Positions 55,882 through 64,000 are shown, numbered from the stretch's first letter. The stretch is DNA of 64,000 bases from Fimbriimonadaceae bacterium (GCA_049276675.1 JBASWW010000071.1:28819-92818), one strand, 5' to 3'. Notes: generated by a model from the letters alone, not told the origin. Made by a program: numbers and translations.

Positions 55882-56736
55882 TTACTTGGCTATGCAGTTT
55901 CCTGCGGTGTCAAGGATGTCCGCGGGCGCTGTCCAGGCGCCGCAATCAGCTCGGCCGGAGTTATTCCCATTGGTGCTGCTTCCGCCGCGCCCCCCTTGCG
56001 GGAACTGATACCAGCGGTAGTCGCAATACTGGTTCTGACCCGTGCGGTTGCTCCAGTCGGTCTTTCGAAACTTCGCGTGTCCGTCGAAATAGAGGTAGTT
56101 CGTTCCCTCTGAGTGGCCGCCCAAGGTTGGCCTGTTCTCGAAATCGCCCGAGCAGTCTTCCTTGCGCCCGTAGAGTTTGCGAAGCTCGTCCCCCTCGATC
56201 TCGGTGTCGTTCGCCTCAAGCACGAGCAGAGTGTCGCTGGGCTCGTCGTAGGAGCTCGCATTGGGCCATTCCTGGACGGCATGCTCGTTGATCGAGTATG
56301 TGGCCCAAAACGCATAGGCCGGCTCACCGTTCGGATCGACGGTCTCGGTCAAGCCCCACTGGTCGGCCAGGCCGGAGTCTCGCAGGAAATAAAACCTGTT
56401 GTCGCTGAGGTATTGCGGCCGGGTCTGGGGCACCATCGGGCAGAAATAGATGTTGCCGCGCGGCTTGGTGAAGTCGGGGGGAGTGCCCTTGATGTAGGGG
56501 GCGAACTGGAAGAGCCATACCCACTCAGCATAGTCGTCTCCCTGGATCATCATCTCGTCATAGTCGCCCATGTACATTTGGGCGGCCAATCCGATCTGCT
56601 TTTGATTGGAGATGCAGGCAGCCTTCTTCGCGGCGGCTTTTGCCTGGGCGAAGACAGGAAAGAGAATAGCGGCAAGGATCGCAATGATGGCGATCACGAC
56701 GAGAAGCTCGATAAGAGTGAAGGCTTTTTGACGCAT
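55882..56736 (-). CDS. Prepilin-type N-terminal cleavage/methylation domain protein, DUF1559 (H-X9-DG) family
   Basis: [27 protein letters not shown]-terminus and the late [16 protein letters not shown] motif (H-X9-DG). Confidence 0.88.
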   Translation of the reverse strand: MRQKAFTLIELLVVIAIIAILAAILFPVFAQAKAAAKKAACISNQKQIGLAAQMYMGDYDEMMIQGDDYAEWVWLFQFAPYIKGTPPDFTKPRGNIYFCPMVPQTRPQYLSDNRFYFLRDSGLADQWGLTETVDPNGEPAYAFWATYSINEHAVQEWPNASSYDEPSDTLLVLEANDTEIEGDELRKLYGRKEDCSGDFENRPTLGGHSEGTNYLYFDGHAKFRKTDWSNRTGQNQYCDYRWYQFPQGGRGGSSTNGNNSGRADCGAWTAPADILDTAGNCIAK

Positions 56737-56847
56737 GGAACACCTCGAACAAGACTGTCCCCTACGGCGGTTAATAGACCTTTATGGCAAGGTCAAGGGG
56801 AGATTAAGGTTCCCCGGCCCGCTCTCCGAGCCGGGGAGGTCCGTTCC

Positions 56848-58368
56848 TTAGGCCTTGCCGTTTTTGCCCGCTCTGATCGCAGGCACCTTTTGCACCAGAT
56901 CAGGCAGGTTGATGCCGCTGAGGGCTTCCACCACGACCGGGACCTGGGCCAGCACATCGGCCACGCCTTTGCTCAGCTTGTCCATGCCGGTATCGCCGCC
57001 GCCGGTGTTGACCATCGTGATCTTGTCGATCTTGCCAAGCGGGGCGGCCACAGCAGCAGCTATCTCCGGAAGCTTCTCGATCAGCATCTGGCTGACGGCG
57101 GCCTCATTGTATTCCTGCCAAGCCTTGGCTTTTTGCATCATGCCTTCGGCCTCGGCGAGGATTTTGGCCCGCATGCCTTCCGCCTCGGCGAGCGATTTCT
57201 GTCGGATGGCTTCCGCTTCGGCATCGCCCTTGGCACGGATCACATCGGCATCCGCCATGCCAAGGATTCGGGCAGAGTCCGCTTCGGCCTCGGCGAGGGC
57301 TCTGCGACGATGCGCCTCCGCTTCGGCGAGCATCCGCACCTTGACCTTCTCGGCCTCGGCCGGCTTTTGCACCTCGTGCATCAGCTCCAACTCGCGCCGC
57401 TCGATCTCCGAGTGCTCGACCTCGATCTGCTTCTTCTTCTCAACCAGTGAGATGCCTAGAAGCTCTTCGCTGAGGAGCTGCTGCTGTTTGGCTTTCTGCA
57501 GCTCATAGGCCAGATCGCTTTCCGCTCGGGCGGTCGCCACTTCGGCTTCGAAGGCTCGCAGGCGCAGGTCCTTGTCCTTTTCCTTCTCGGCAATGGCGAT
57601 GTCGGCGCTCAATTTTGCAAGCTGGCCCTCTTCATTGGCTTTGCTCGAGGTTATGGTCGCCTCGCGCTCGGCAAGGGATTTGCCCATAGTGGCGTCACGG
57701 GTTGCGCTTGCCTCGCCGATCACGGCATTCTTCTGGACGTCGGCCATTTTGGGCCGGCCGATCGCCTTGAGATATCCCTGCGGGTCCTGGATCTCCCGGA
57801 TCGTGAACGAGATCACCTGGATGCCCATGTTCGCGAGGTCCTCCGCGGTCAGCCTCTGGACGCTCTGGGCGAAGGTTTCCGGCGAGGAGTGGATCTCCTC
57901 GAACGGCAGTGTGCTGATGACGGAGCGCAGGTGGCCGCTCATCATCTGCAGCGCGATCTCGTTCATCTCCGTTCGGCTGCGGCTGAGGAACATCTCGGCG
58001 GCGGTGATGAGCGCCGTCGGGTCGTCGGATCGCACCTTGATTTGGGCGATTCCGTCAACGATGATCGGCACGCCAAACTTCGTGTAGAACTCGGGCGTGC
58101 GGATTTCGAGCGTCATCAGCTCGAGGTTGAGGCGATCCACTCGCTCGCGAACGGGCCAGACGAACGTGCCTCCACCGTGGTAGATCCGGAAATTCTTGTG
58201 AACCCGGCTGCCGTCCTGAGCGGTGTAGCTCGAGGGCCGGCCACTGACGATGAGCACTTCATTGGGCCCTACCTTCTCGTACTTGGCGGCATAGAATCCG
58301 GCAAGCAAGAGAAGCACTACGACTGCGCTGAGCAGCCAGATCATTGGCGAATTGATGATGGTTTCCAT
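56848..58368 (-). CDS. Flotillin family protein (SPFH/Band 7 domain)
   Basis: N-terminal TM helix, SPFH core (VGPNEVLIVSG..., IVDGIAQIKV) and a long AEAEA-rich coiled-coil region. Confidence 0.88.
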   Translation of the reverse strand: METIINSPMIWLLSAVVVLLLLAGFYAAKYEKVGPNEVLIVSGRPSSYTAQDGSRVHKNFRIYHGGGTFVWPVRERVDRLNLELMTLEIRTPEFYTKFGVPIIVDGIAQIKVRSDDPTALITAAEMFLSRSRTEMNEIALQMMSGHLRSVISTLPFEEIHSSPETFAQSVQRLTAEDLANMGIQVISFTIREIQDPQGYLKAIGRPKMADVQKNAVIGEASATRDATMGKSLAEREATITSSKANEEGQLAKLSADIAIAEKEKDKDLRLRAFEAEVATARAESDLAYELQKAKQQQLLSEELLGISLVEKKKQIEVEHSEIERRELELMHEVQKPAEAEKVKVRMLAEAEAHRRRALAEAEADSARILGMADADVIRAKGDAEAEAIRQKSLAEAEGMRAKILAEAEGMMQKAKAWQEYNEAAVSQMLIEKLPEIAAAVAAPLGKIDKITMVNTGGGDTGMDKLSKGVADVLAQVPVVVEALSGINLPDLVQKVPAIRAGKNGKA

Positions 58369-58394
58369 CTTGTTTTTGTCTCCTGAGCGCCCGT

Positions 58395-58494
58395 CTTTTG
58401 TGCTCCTTGTGATTCTTTGTGGCTCTTCGTGTCACTTCCCAGCTTTCCGAGAGGATCACGAAGGGCACAAGGGCTCACTAAGGGCACGAAGAAG
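58395..58494. repeat. Inverted arrays of CTTnGTG / CACnAAG heptamer-like motifs forming a long imperfect palindrome between nfeD-like and flotillin genes
   Basis: The left arm cttttgtgctccttgtgattctttgtggctcttcgtg and the right arm cacgaagggcacaagggctcactaagggcacgaagaag each contain four motif copies on opposite strands. The central spacer is ~21 nt. Confidence 0.8.
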
Positions 58495-58503
58495 TTGGTT
58501 CGC

Positions 58504-59103
58504 TCAAAACTCCTCCACGACCGCGATGCGATCGCGTAAATCAGTGACCAGCACCCGCATTCCCTTCTCGATGGGATGCTGCGCGCGAGCTGGAATGGTG
58601 TGCCGTTTTCCTTCTGCGCTGTAGGCAATAGAGCCCACGCCCTCTGCTGGAATGGTGAGCGAGACGTGGGCGATCATGCCGACAAGCGAGCAACCCTCCA
58701 TCGGCTTGCCCGTATTGGCGAGGAGCCTTTGCGTAGCTCGGACGAGCCAAGCGAAAAGGACGATGCTCAGGCCCAATGCGCCGAACACGCTCGGCCACGG
58801 TTCCAGCCCAATCAAGACCCGCAGGCAAAGGCCAAAAACTCCGAATAGGGTGATCGAAATGCCGACGGCCGCGGGCAGGAAGGCGGGGAGGCGCTCGGCA
58901 GAGGTATTGGGTGTTGGGTATGAGGTCTTGGGGGCAATCCGGGAGACACGCCCCATAAGACCGGTGCGTCCTATCCGACCCAGCCGCATTCGGCCAACCG
59001 TCGCAAAGAGGATTAGCGCGAGGCCAAGGCCGCTGAGCATCGAGACGGCAAAGACCTGCTCGATCGTGACGCCAAGAAACGACAAAAGCTGGGAAACGTA
59101 CAT
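58504..59103 (-). CDS. NfeD-like membrane protein (flotillin-associated, C-terminal OB-fold)
   Basis: Several TM helices followed by GMIAHVSLTIPAEGVGSIAY...GMRVLVTDLRDRIAVVEE, the NfeD-type beta-barrel pattern. Located immediately upstream of flotillin. Confidence 0.7.
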   Translation of the reverse strand: MYVSQLLSFLGVTIEQVFAVSMLSGLGLALILFATVGRMRLGRIGRTGLMGRVSRIAPKTSYPTPNTSAERLPAFLPAAVGISITLFGVFGLCLRVLIGLEPWPSVFGALGLSIVLFAWLVRATQRLLANTGKPMEGCSLVGMIAHVSLTIPAEGVGSIAYSAEGKRHTIPARAQHPIEKGMRVLVTDLRDRIAVVEEF

Positions 59104-59267
59104 CTTGCACCTTTCGGTGCAGTCGCACGCTTGCCAGCTCGGCTGCCGTCGAGACTCCGTTGTCAGGCGTTTCGTCAGCGGCTCAAAGTGAATGCGGCTG
59201 CGCTATTTGGTTGTTGGCTCAGTATGTAACGGCGGCTCGCCTCCAGCGCCCTTCCAGGTCCAAAGAC

Positions 59268-59798
59268 CTAACGAAGCCGCCTCAGCGAGTTGAAAAATTT
59301 CCGGACGTCCGGAAATCCGTCACCCATGCCCATCTGCATGAGCATATACAACCGATCCCGGCGAAGCGCGAACCAAACTCGTCCCGAGCCAATTCCTCCG
59401 GGTCCGGCGAAGTCGCAAAGCTGCCCATCCATGCCCGAGAACCGTGCATTCTTAAACCTGGTGAGCGTCATGCCCGCATCTTTAGCCATTCCCTCCCGCA
59501 TCGCAGGAAAGAGCAGTTTCTCGGTCTCCTTGGTCGCGATGAACGGAAGGCGCATGGTGGCGGCCATGTAAACATCCACTCCGTCTTGGGCCAGCAGTCC
59601 ACGCAAGTTGGTGGAGAATCCCATTTCGGAGATAGACTCAGTCTTCTGGGTTGGGGGGACCGGCAATCGAACCGAGATCTTTGCCGCCTTGAACGAGTAG
59701 CGATCCCATTTCTGCTGGGTGACTCCCAAGGAAGCGGCAAGCAGGGCAAGGACGCACAGGAGTAGCCTAGATCGTGTTAAGTGCGGCATAGTCAACAT
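59268..59798 (-). CDS. Hypothetical secreted protein
   Basis: Signal peptide LLLCVLALLAASLG. No family recognised. Confidence 0.5.
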   Translation of the reverse strand: MLTMPHLTRSRLLLCVLALLAASLGVTQQKWDRYSFKAAKISVRLPVPPTQKTESISEMGFSTNLRGLLAQDGVDVYMAATMRLPFIATKETEKLLFPAMREGMAKDAGMTLTRFKNARFSGMDGQLCDFAGPGGIGSGRVWFALRRDRLYMLMQMGMGDGFPDVRKFFNSLRRLR

Positions 59799-59802
59799 CA
59801 GT

Positions 59803-60867
59803 ATGTCCGAGCTTCGATATCATCCGTTCCTTGGCACATGGGTTATGACCGCCACCCACCGCCAGGACCGGACCTTCCATCCTCCGCCCGGCTATTGCCC
59901 GCTTTGCCCCACCCAGCCAGGCGGATTCCCGACCGAAATCCCATTCGAGAGCTACGACATCGCGGTCTTCGAGAACAAGTTCCCTTCCCTGAGCCAGAGC
60001 CCGCCGGAGCCGGCTATCGAAGGCACGCCCCTGATGCCGGTGCGGCCGAGCCAAGGGGTCTGCGAAGTGGTCTGTTATACGGACGATCACAATGCCACCT
60101 TCGCGGGCCTTCCACTGGAGCAGGTGCGCAAGCTGACCCGTGTCTGGCAGGAGCGCTATACCGAGCTCGCGGCGCGAGATGACGTCGAATACGTTTTCAT
60201 TTTTGAAAACAAGGGCGCGGAGATCGGCGTCACCCTCTCCCATCCCCACGGCCAGATCTACGCCTACCCCTTCATCCCCGCCGTCTTGCAGACCGAACTT
60301 GCCAATGAACGCGCTCACCTGGACAGCACTAGCAGGAATCTCTGGGATGACTGGCTGGGAATGGAGCTGAGCCTAAATGAGGGCGCCGGTTGGTTCGTCC
60401 CGGCGGCTCAAGAGGACCGATCCGCGGGGCCGAGCCGAACCGCGTCCTCAGGTAGTTCTTCTCTAGGTAAGCGAGTGGTCGCTCAAAATCCGACCTTCGC
60501 CGCGATCGTCCCCTTCTTCGCCCGCTACCCGTATGAGGTCTGGGTGGCGCCATTTCGTCACATCCGATCCCTGAAGGAGATGTCCCAAGCGGAGCTGGAC
60601 GATCTTGCCGCCATCCTGCTAGACGTCGCGCGGCGGTACGACAAGCTCTTCGGCTTTTCCTTGCCGTATATCATGTCCATGCATCAGGAGCCCGCCGTCC
60701 CCGGCTACGAATTCACCCGCTTCCACGTCGAGTTCTATCCGCCGCACCGCACCGCCGACAAGCTGAAATACCTAGCCGGGAGCGAGGCAGGAGCGGGCGC
60801 ATTCATCAACGACACTTTGCCCGAGGAGACGGCGGCTCAGTTAAGGACTCTGAGCGTCGATACTTGA
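59803..60867 (+). CDS. galT: Galactose-1-phosphate uridylyltransferase (HIT superfamily, type 1)
   Basis: CPLCP zinc motif, SHPHGQIY active-site HxHxQ, and FYPPHRTADKLKYLAGSE. The internal ATG 59803 (MSELRYHPF) is preferred. Confidence 0.88.
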   Translation: MSELRYHPFLGTWVMTATHRQDRTFHPPPGYCPLCPTQPGGFPTEIPFESYDIAVFENKFPSLSQSPPEPAIEGTPLMPVRPSQGVCEVVCYTDDHNATFAGLPLEQVRKLTRVWQERYTELAARDDVEYVFIFENKGAEIGVTLSHPHGQIYAYPFIPAVLQTELANERAHLDSTSRNLWDDWLGMELSLNEGAGWFVPAAQEDRSAGPSRTASSGSSSLGKRVVAQNPTFAAIVPFFARYPYEVWVAPFRHIRSLKEMSQAELDDLAAILLDVARRYDKLFGFSLPYIMSMHQEPAVPGYEFTRFHVEFYPPHRTADKLKYLAGSEAGAGAFINDTLPEETAAQLRTLSVDT

Positions 60868-60944
60868 TCACTGAATTTGCAAGGGCTCACTACCAGCAGG
60901 GGCCTGCTCCGTCGGGTCCGTGCAGTTGGCTGAATACGCGGCGC

Positions 60945-61084
60945 GATTGACACGACGGAGCGTGTCCCTCCTGCTCCCCGAGATCACTCCCCGGGCTCCT
61001 CATCCGCGGTCAGCGATTGACACGACGGAGCGTGTCCATCCTGCTCCCCGAGATCACTCCTCCGGCTCCTCATCCGCGGTCAGC
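60945..61084. repeat. Two tandem 70-bp units, each with a gacacg-acggag-cgtgtc hairpin; the second unit includes the 3' end of the PrcA-like gene
   Basis: Units 60945-61014 and 61015-61084 differ at only a few positions. Each would encode LTADEEP(G/E)E-stop on the minus strand. Confidence 0.95.
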
Positions 61085-61746
61085 CTTCTGAAGCGGTTCT
61101 CGTGGGTTTGGCCCCTTTCCAAAAGGACCGCTTCGGGATACACGCCGTCAGTCGGCTTGGCATCGCCTTCGGACTGGGCCGCATCCACCCAAGCCTTCTT
61201 CAGCGCCTCCGAGGCCGCCTCGGGAGTTAAGCCCTTCGTCTTGATGGCGGCCAGAGAGGCCTTGAGACGGGCTGCTGACTCGTCGTTCGCCGCGCAATAG
61301 GCAAACCCGCGCCTCTGGGTGTAGTCGCCGTCGTAATCGAGGATGTAGTAGGAGTCCTCGGCGGGAGTGTCGCCGCACTCCGCAAAGAGCGCCCGGGCGA
61401 CGAATGGCGCGGTGTTGAAATCCCCGAAGGCCCGCTTGAGGGACCCGCTCAGGGCGGTGACGACCCGCTGGATAGTGACATCCTGCTCGCTCCGGTTGAA
61501 CCCCTCTTGATGGGCGAAGTCTATTGCGGCCACCCTCAGTGCCTCGACGTCCGACTGCTGGCCGATCGCCCCGAACATGAGCTGATCGTATATCTCGTAG
61601 ACCTTGCGGGCATGGCGGCGGTAGGTCAGCATGAGGATTCCGGCGTCGAGCGACAGGGCCAGCACGGGCGAGCCCTGACCAAGCTTGGATTCGACGTAGC
61701 CGGCTCTGTGGCCCATGCCCTCTTGCCAGTCGTAGGGGGTCAGCAT
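61054..61746 (-). CDS. Proteasome alpha-type (PrcA-like) Ntn-fold protein, isolated gene
   Basis: The block order resembles actinobacterial PrcA: SPVLALSLDAGILMLTY, KVYEIYDQLMFGAIGQQSDVEALR, ARALFAECG...YYILDYDGDY, and the tail NRFRRLT. There is no Thr directly preceding the first strand. ATG 61746 avoids overlap with tRNA-Lys. Confidence 0.6.
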   Translation of the reverse strand: MLTPYDWQEGMGHRAGYVESKLGQGSPVLALSLDAGILMLTYRRHARKVYEIYDQLMFGAIGQQSDVEALRVAAIDFAHQEGFNRSEQDVTIQRVVTALSGSLKRAFGDFNTAPFVARALFAECGDTPAEDSYYILDYDGDYTQRRGFAYCAANDESAARLKASLAAIKTKGLTPEAASEALKKAWVDAAQSEGDAKPTDGVYPEAVLLERGQTHENRFRRLTADEEPEE

Positions 61747-61774
61747 TGATTTTTTATACTCAGCGGTCAGGCGG

Positions 61775-61850
61775 TGGTGAGTCGGCTGGGACTCGAACCC
61801 AGGACCCACGCCTTAAAAGGGCGTTGCTCTACCGACTGAGCTACCGACTC
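61775..61850 (-). tRNA. tRNA-Lys (anticodon UUU), CCA encoded
   Basis: Hand fold of GAGTCGGTAGCTCAGTCGGTAGAGCAACGCCCTTTTAAGGCGTGGGTCCTGGGTTCGAGTCCCAGCCGACTCACCA. Acceptor GAGTCGG/CCGACTC, anticodon loop CTTTTAA, T-loop GGTTCGAGTCC. Confidence 0.92.
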
Positions 61851-62082
61851 ACCAGCCTGAGATGGTACCTCTGGGGCTTTCGCCAATTGGCTGGCGCAGA
61901 GCGTCCGATGCACTCGGATCCCCCCAATGCACTCAACACTCAACGCTTCCCATCCCGCCCGCACTTGTGCCGGAAAGTGCGGCTCGACCCTCCGCTGGCT
62001 TGCGCCGCCAACCGAAAACTAATCTGGCAGTGACCGCCACAACTGTCATTCATGCGGTCCCATCCTGCCCAAAGGACGGAAT

Positions 62083-62538
62083 ATGAAAACCATGCGTCGA
62101 ACCTGCGCGCGTCGAAAACGGGGATTTTCTCTTGTCGAAGTGATGGTCTCTATCTTCCTGGTGGCTGCCACCGGGACGATCTTCTATGGCCTCGCACCGA
62201 TGGCTGCCAAGACCGGAAAAATGGTCGGAAACTACCAGCAGGCATCGAGCATTCTCCAGCACAAAGTGGATCAGCTCCGGGGGGTCGGCTACGGACGGCT
62301 TACCTATGACGAGATGAAGAACGCGGGCATCATTGATACCTCGCCGAGCTCTTCGCCCTACCGATTTAACACGGTCGATGCCCTCTCGAGCCTATTTCCA
62401 GCGGCTACCGGAACCATCGCCGTCACCGATTTCAACGCCAAGGTGAAGCAGGTGGTCGTGACCTTGACCTGGACCGGAAGCGCAGCCAAGCAAGGCAATG
62501 GCACGCTAACCGTGACGGCACTGGTGCCAAGGACCTAA
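62083..62538 (+). CDS. Prepilin-type N-terminal cleavage/methylation domain protein (pseudopilin/minor pilin)
   Basis: RKRGFSLVEVMVSIFLVAATGTIF class III signal. The ATG is preceded by AAAGGA. Confidence 0.8.
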   Translation: MKTMRRTCARRKRGFSLVEVMVSIFLVAATGTIFYGLAPMAAKTGKMVGNYQQASSILQHKVDQLRGVGYGRLTYDEMKNAGIIDTSPSSSPYRFNTVDALSSLFPAATGTIAVTDFNAKVKQVVVTLTWTGSAAKQGNGTLTVTALVPRT

Positions 62539-62540
62539 CC

Positions 62541-63065
62541 ATGAAGAAACGCGGATTCAGCCTTTTGGAAACGATGCTCGCGGTGACGGTGCTTGGCTTT
62601 GTGCTGGCCGGCTCGGCGGGCTTGATTGTGAATGTGATTCGAAGCTTCAACTGGACGACATCAGCCATAGATGCCGATCAGAGCGCCAGCATGGCGATGC
62701 AGAAGATCACCCGTGATCTCCAGCCTGCCAAGCAAGTCGTGGTGCAGTCGCCCACTTCCTTGCTGATCTACTATCCGTTCAAAAATGCCGACGGCACGTA
62801 CACGAAGACCATTCTCGACACGACCAATACCGTGCAGTACTACCGAGGCAACGCGAACGGCGTGGCCAACCCGACCGGTGCCTACATCCTTCGCAAACCG
62901 GCACTGAGCGCCTATTCGGAGGTCACCTCTGGGGTCACCAACCTGCAATTTACGAGTCCGAACCCTGCCAACGTCACGATTACGCTCGGGACGAACCGAA
63001 AGGGCGGCACCTCAAACGTTACATGCGACCTCGTTCAGCGCGCGGTCTTTCTGAGGAACTATTGA
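62541..63065 (+). CDS. Prepilin-type N-terminal cleavage/methylation domain protein (pseudopilin/minor pilin)
   Basis: MKKRGFSLLETMLAVTVLGFVLAG class III signal. The gene starts 3 nt after the previous stop. Confidence 0.8.
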   Translation: MKKRGFSLLETMLAVTVLGFVLAGSAGLIVNVIRSFNWTTSAIDADQSASMAMQKITRDLQPAKQVVVQSPTSLLIYYPFKNADGTYTKTILDTTNTVQYYRGNANGVANPTGAYILRKPALSAYSEVTSGVTNLQFTSPNPANVTITLGTNRKGGTSNVTCDLVQRAVFLRNY

Positions 63066-63066
63066 T

Positions 63067-64000
63067 ATGAAGCAAATCGTTCACGCACTGGCGGCACCCC
63101 GGCGTGGCAAGGGAAGAGTCCAAAGAGGCTCCGCCCTGGTCACCGCCCTTATTTCCCTGTTCTTCGTCATGGTGATCGGTGCAGGCATCCTTGCCCACAC
63201 CATGCAAGGGCTCAAGCTCTCCAAGCGCGCCAAGACGAGCACGGCTGCCTTCAATCTAGCGGAGTCGGGCGCCGAGCTCGGCTTGCGATGGCTGAAGGAT
63301 CAATCCTCACCACCCAGCGGGGGCAGCGCTTTTGATCCGTTCAATGGCGCGCAGTCCATGGGCGGAGGAACCTACCAGGTCTCGATCATTCCCGATCCAG
63401 GCAACGCTGGCGCCGTGCTGAAGACCTTCAAGGTGGTCGCAGATGGCACGTTCGCGGGCAAGATCGAGCGGGTCGAGCTGGTCATGAAGCAGCAGTCGTT
63501 CGGCAAGTTCGCCTATTTCACCCATAGCGAAACCTCCTCGATCACAAACGGCCGAGTCTGGTTCATCCCCTCGGACCGCATCCGTGGCCCGGCGCACAGC
63601 AATAACGCTTCGGCAAGCAACTTCCAGATCAACTGGGGCAACACGGGCGCGATCTTCCAAGGAATGGTGACGTCGGTCGCTAACAGCATCTCCTATGCGC
63701 CTTCCAATCCTGCGAACGAGGCCGACTATCTAAAGGTCTACAAGACCGGCAGCCAAGGGTATCAGCTTGGCGTCGATGTCATCCAGATGCCAAGCAGCTC
63801 GGATGTTCAGAAGGCTGCGGCATGGGGCGCGACTTCTGGGTACCCCGGAGGCAACGGGGTCTACACGCCCGCAAATGGCGGTATCTATGTCGTCGGCAAC
63901 TCCAGTGTGGTTGCTCAGGTCGATGGGAGTGGCAACCAAGAATTCGCGATCACCCAGGGCGCGAATACGACCACTGTCAAGGTCGATGTTCAGAATAATC
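63067..64000 (+). CDS. PilX-N-like minor pilin/pseudopilin, 3' partial (runs off the window)
   Basis: Hand-translated open frame from ATG 63067 with no stop up to base 64000, and absent from the ORF track for that reason. GSALVTALISLFFVMVIGAGIL hydrophobic N-terminus without the canonical G-F/E cleavage motif, as in PilX-type proteins. Confidence 0.65.
   Translation, partial: MKQIVHALAAPRRGKGRVQRGSALVTALISLFFVMVIGAGILAHTMQGLKLSKRAKTSTAAFNLAESGAELGLRWLKDQSSPPSGGSAFDPFNGAQSMGGGTYQVSIIPDPGNAGAVLKTFKVVADGTFAGKIERVELVMKQQSFGKFAYFTHSETSSITNGRVWFIPSDRIRGPAHSNNASASNFQINWGNTGAIFQGMVTSVANSISYAPSNPANEADYLKVYKTGSQGYQLGVDVIQMPSSSDVQKAAAWGATSGYPGGNGVYTPANGGIYVVGNSSVVAQVDGSGNQEFAITQGANTTTVKVDVQNN

Noticed and set aside
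61775-61850. tRNA-Lys as a possible integration hotspot marking a genomic island.
   Set aside because: There is no integrase, no direct repeat of the tRNA 3' end and no compositional shift in the flanks. The neighbouring genes (pseudopilins, galT) look native.

Overview
High-GC (~60%) chromosomal segment, mostly core and housekeeping genes, with no transposase, integrase, phage gene or CRISPR array. A PEP-CTERM tail protein, a DUF1559-type pseudopilin and a prepilin-type gene cluster suggest an Armatimonadota- or PVC-like diderm lineage; this is inference only. Content from left to right: glycoside hydrolases (GH127, GH2) and a PQQ dehydrogenase. A near-complete molybdenum-cofactor island (moeA, moaD, a moaE-moeB-rhodanese fusion, mobA, moaA, moaC, mog) sits next to a YdeP-type molybdoenzyme. 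Then tRNA-Ala, rplU-rpmA, a GAF-GGDEF protein, a clostripain-like protein, cstA, gmhA, a GT39 transferase, comEA, ppx, xylB, rpsA and coaE. A co-directional block of four large uncharacterised envelope or secreted proteins spans 34.8-43.5 kb. After it come nadB, tsaE, hemW, argS, ferritin and a nfeD-flotillin string with a phytase. The window ends with galT, an isolated PrcA-like proteasome alpha-type gene, tRNA-Lys and the pseudopilin cluster, which runs off the window end. The most unusual signal is at nucleotide level: several families of short GC-rich hairpin or tandem repeats lie in frame inside conserved genes (GH127, argS, possibly galT) and also between genes. One hairpin family is shared between the GH127 insertion and the galT/prcA-like spacer, with compensatory stem changes. 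Other points worth a second look are an ArgRS lacking both histidines of the HIGH motif, a C11 homologue with Ser at the expected catalytic Cys, two unannotated Lys-rich micro-ORFs, and the uncharacterised envelope gene block. All family assignments come from reading motifs by eye; no searches were run.
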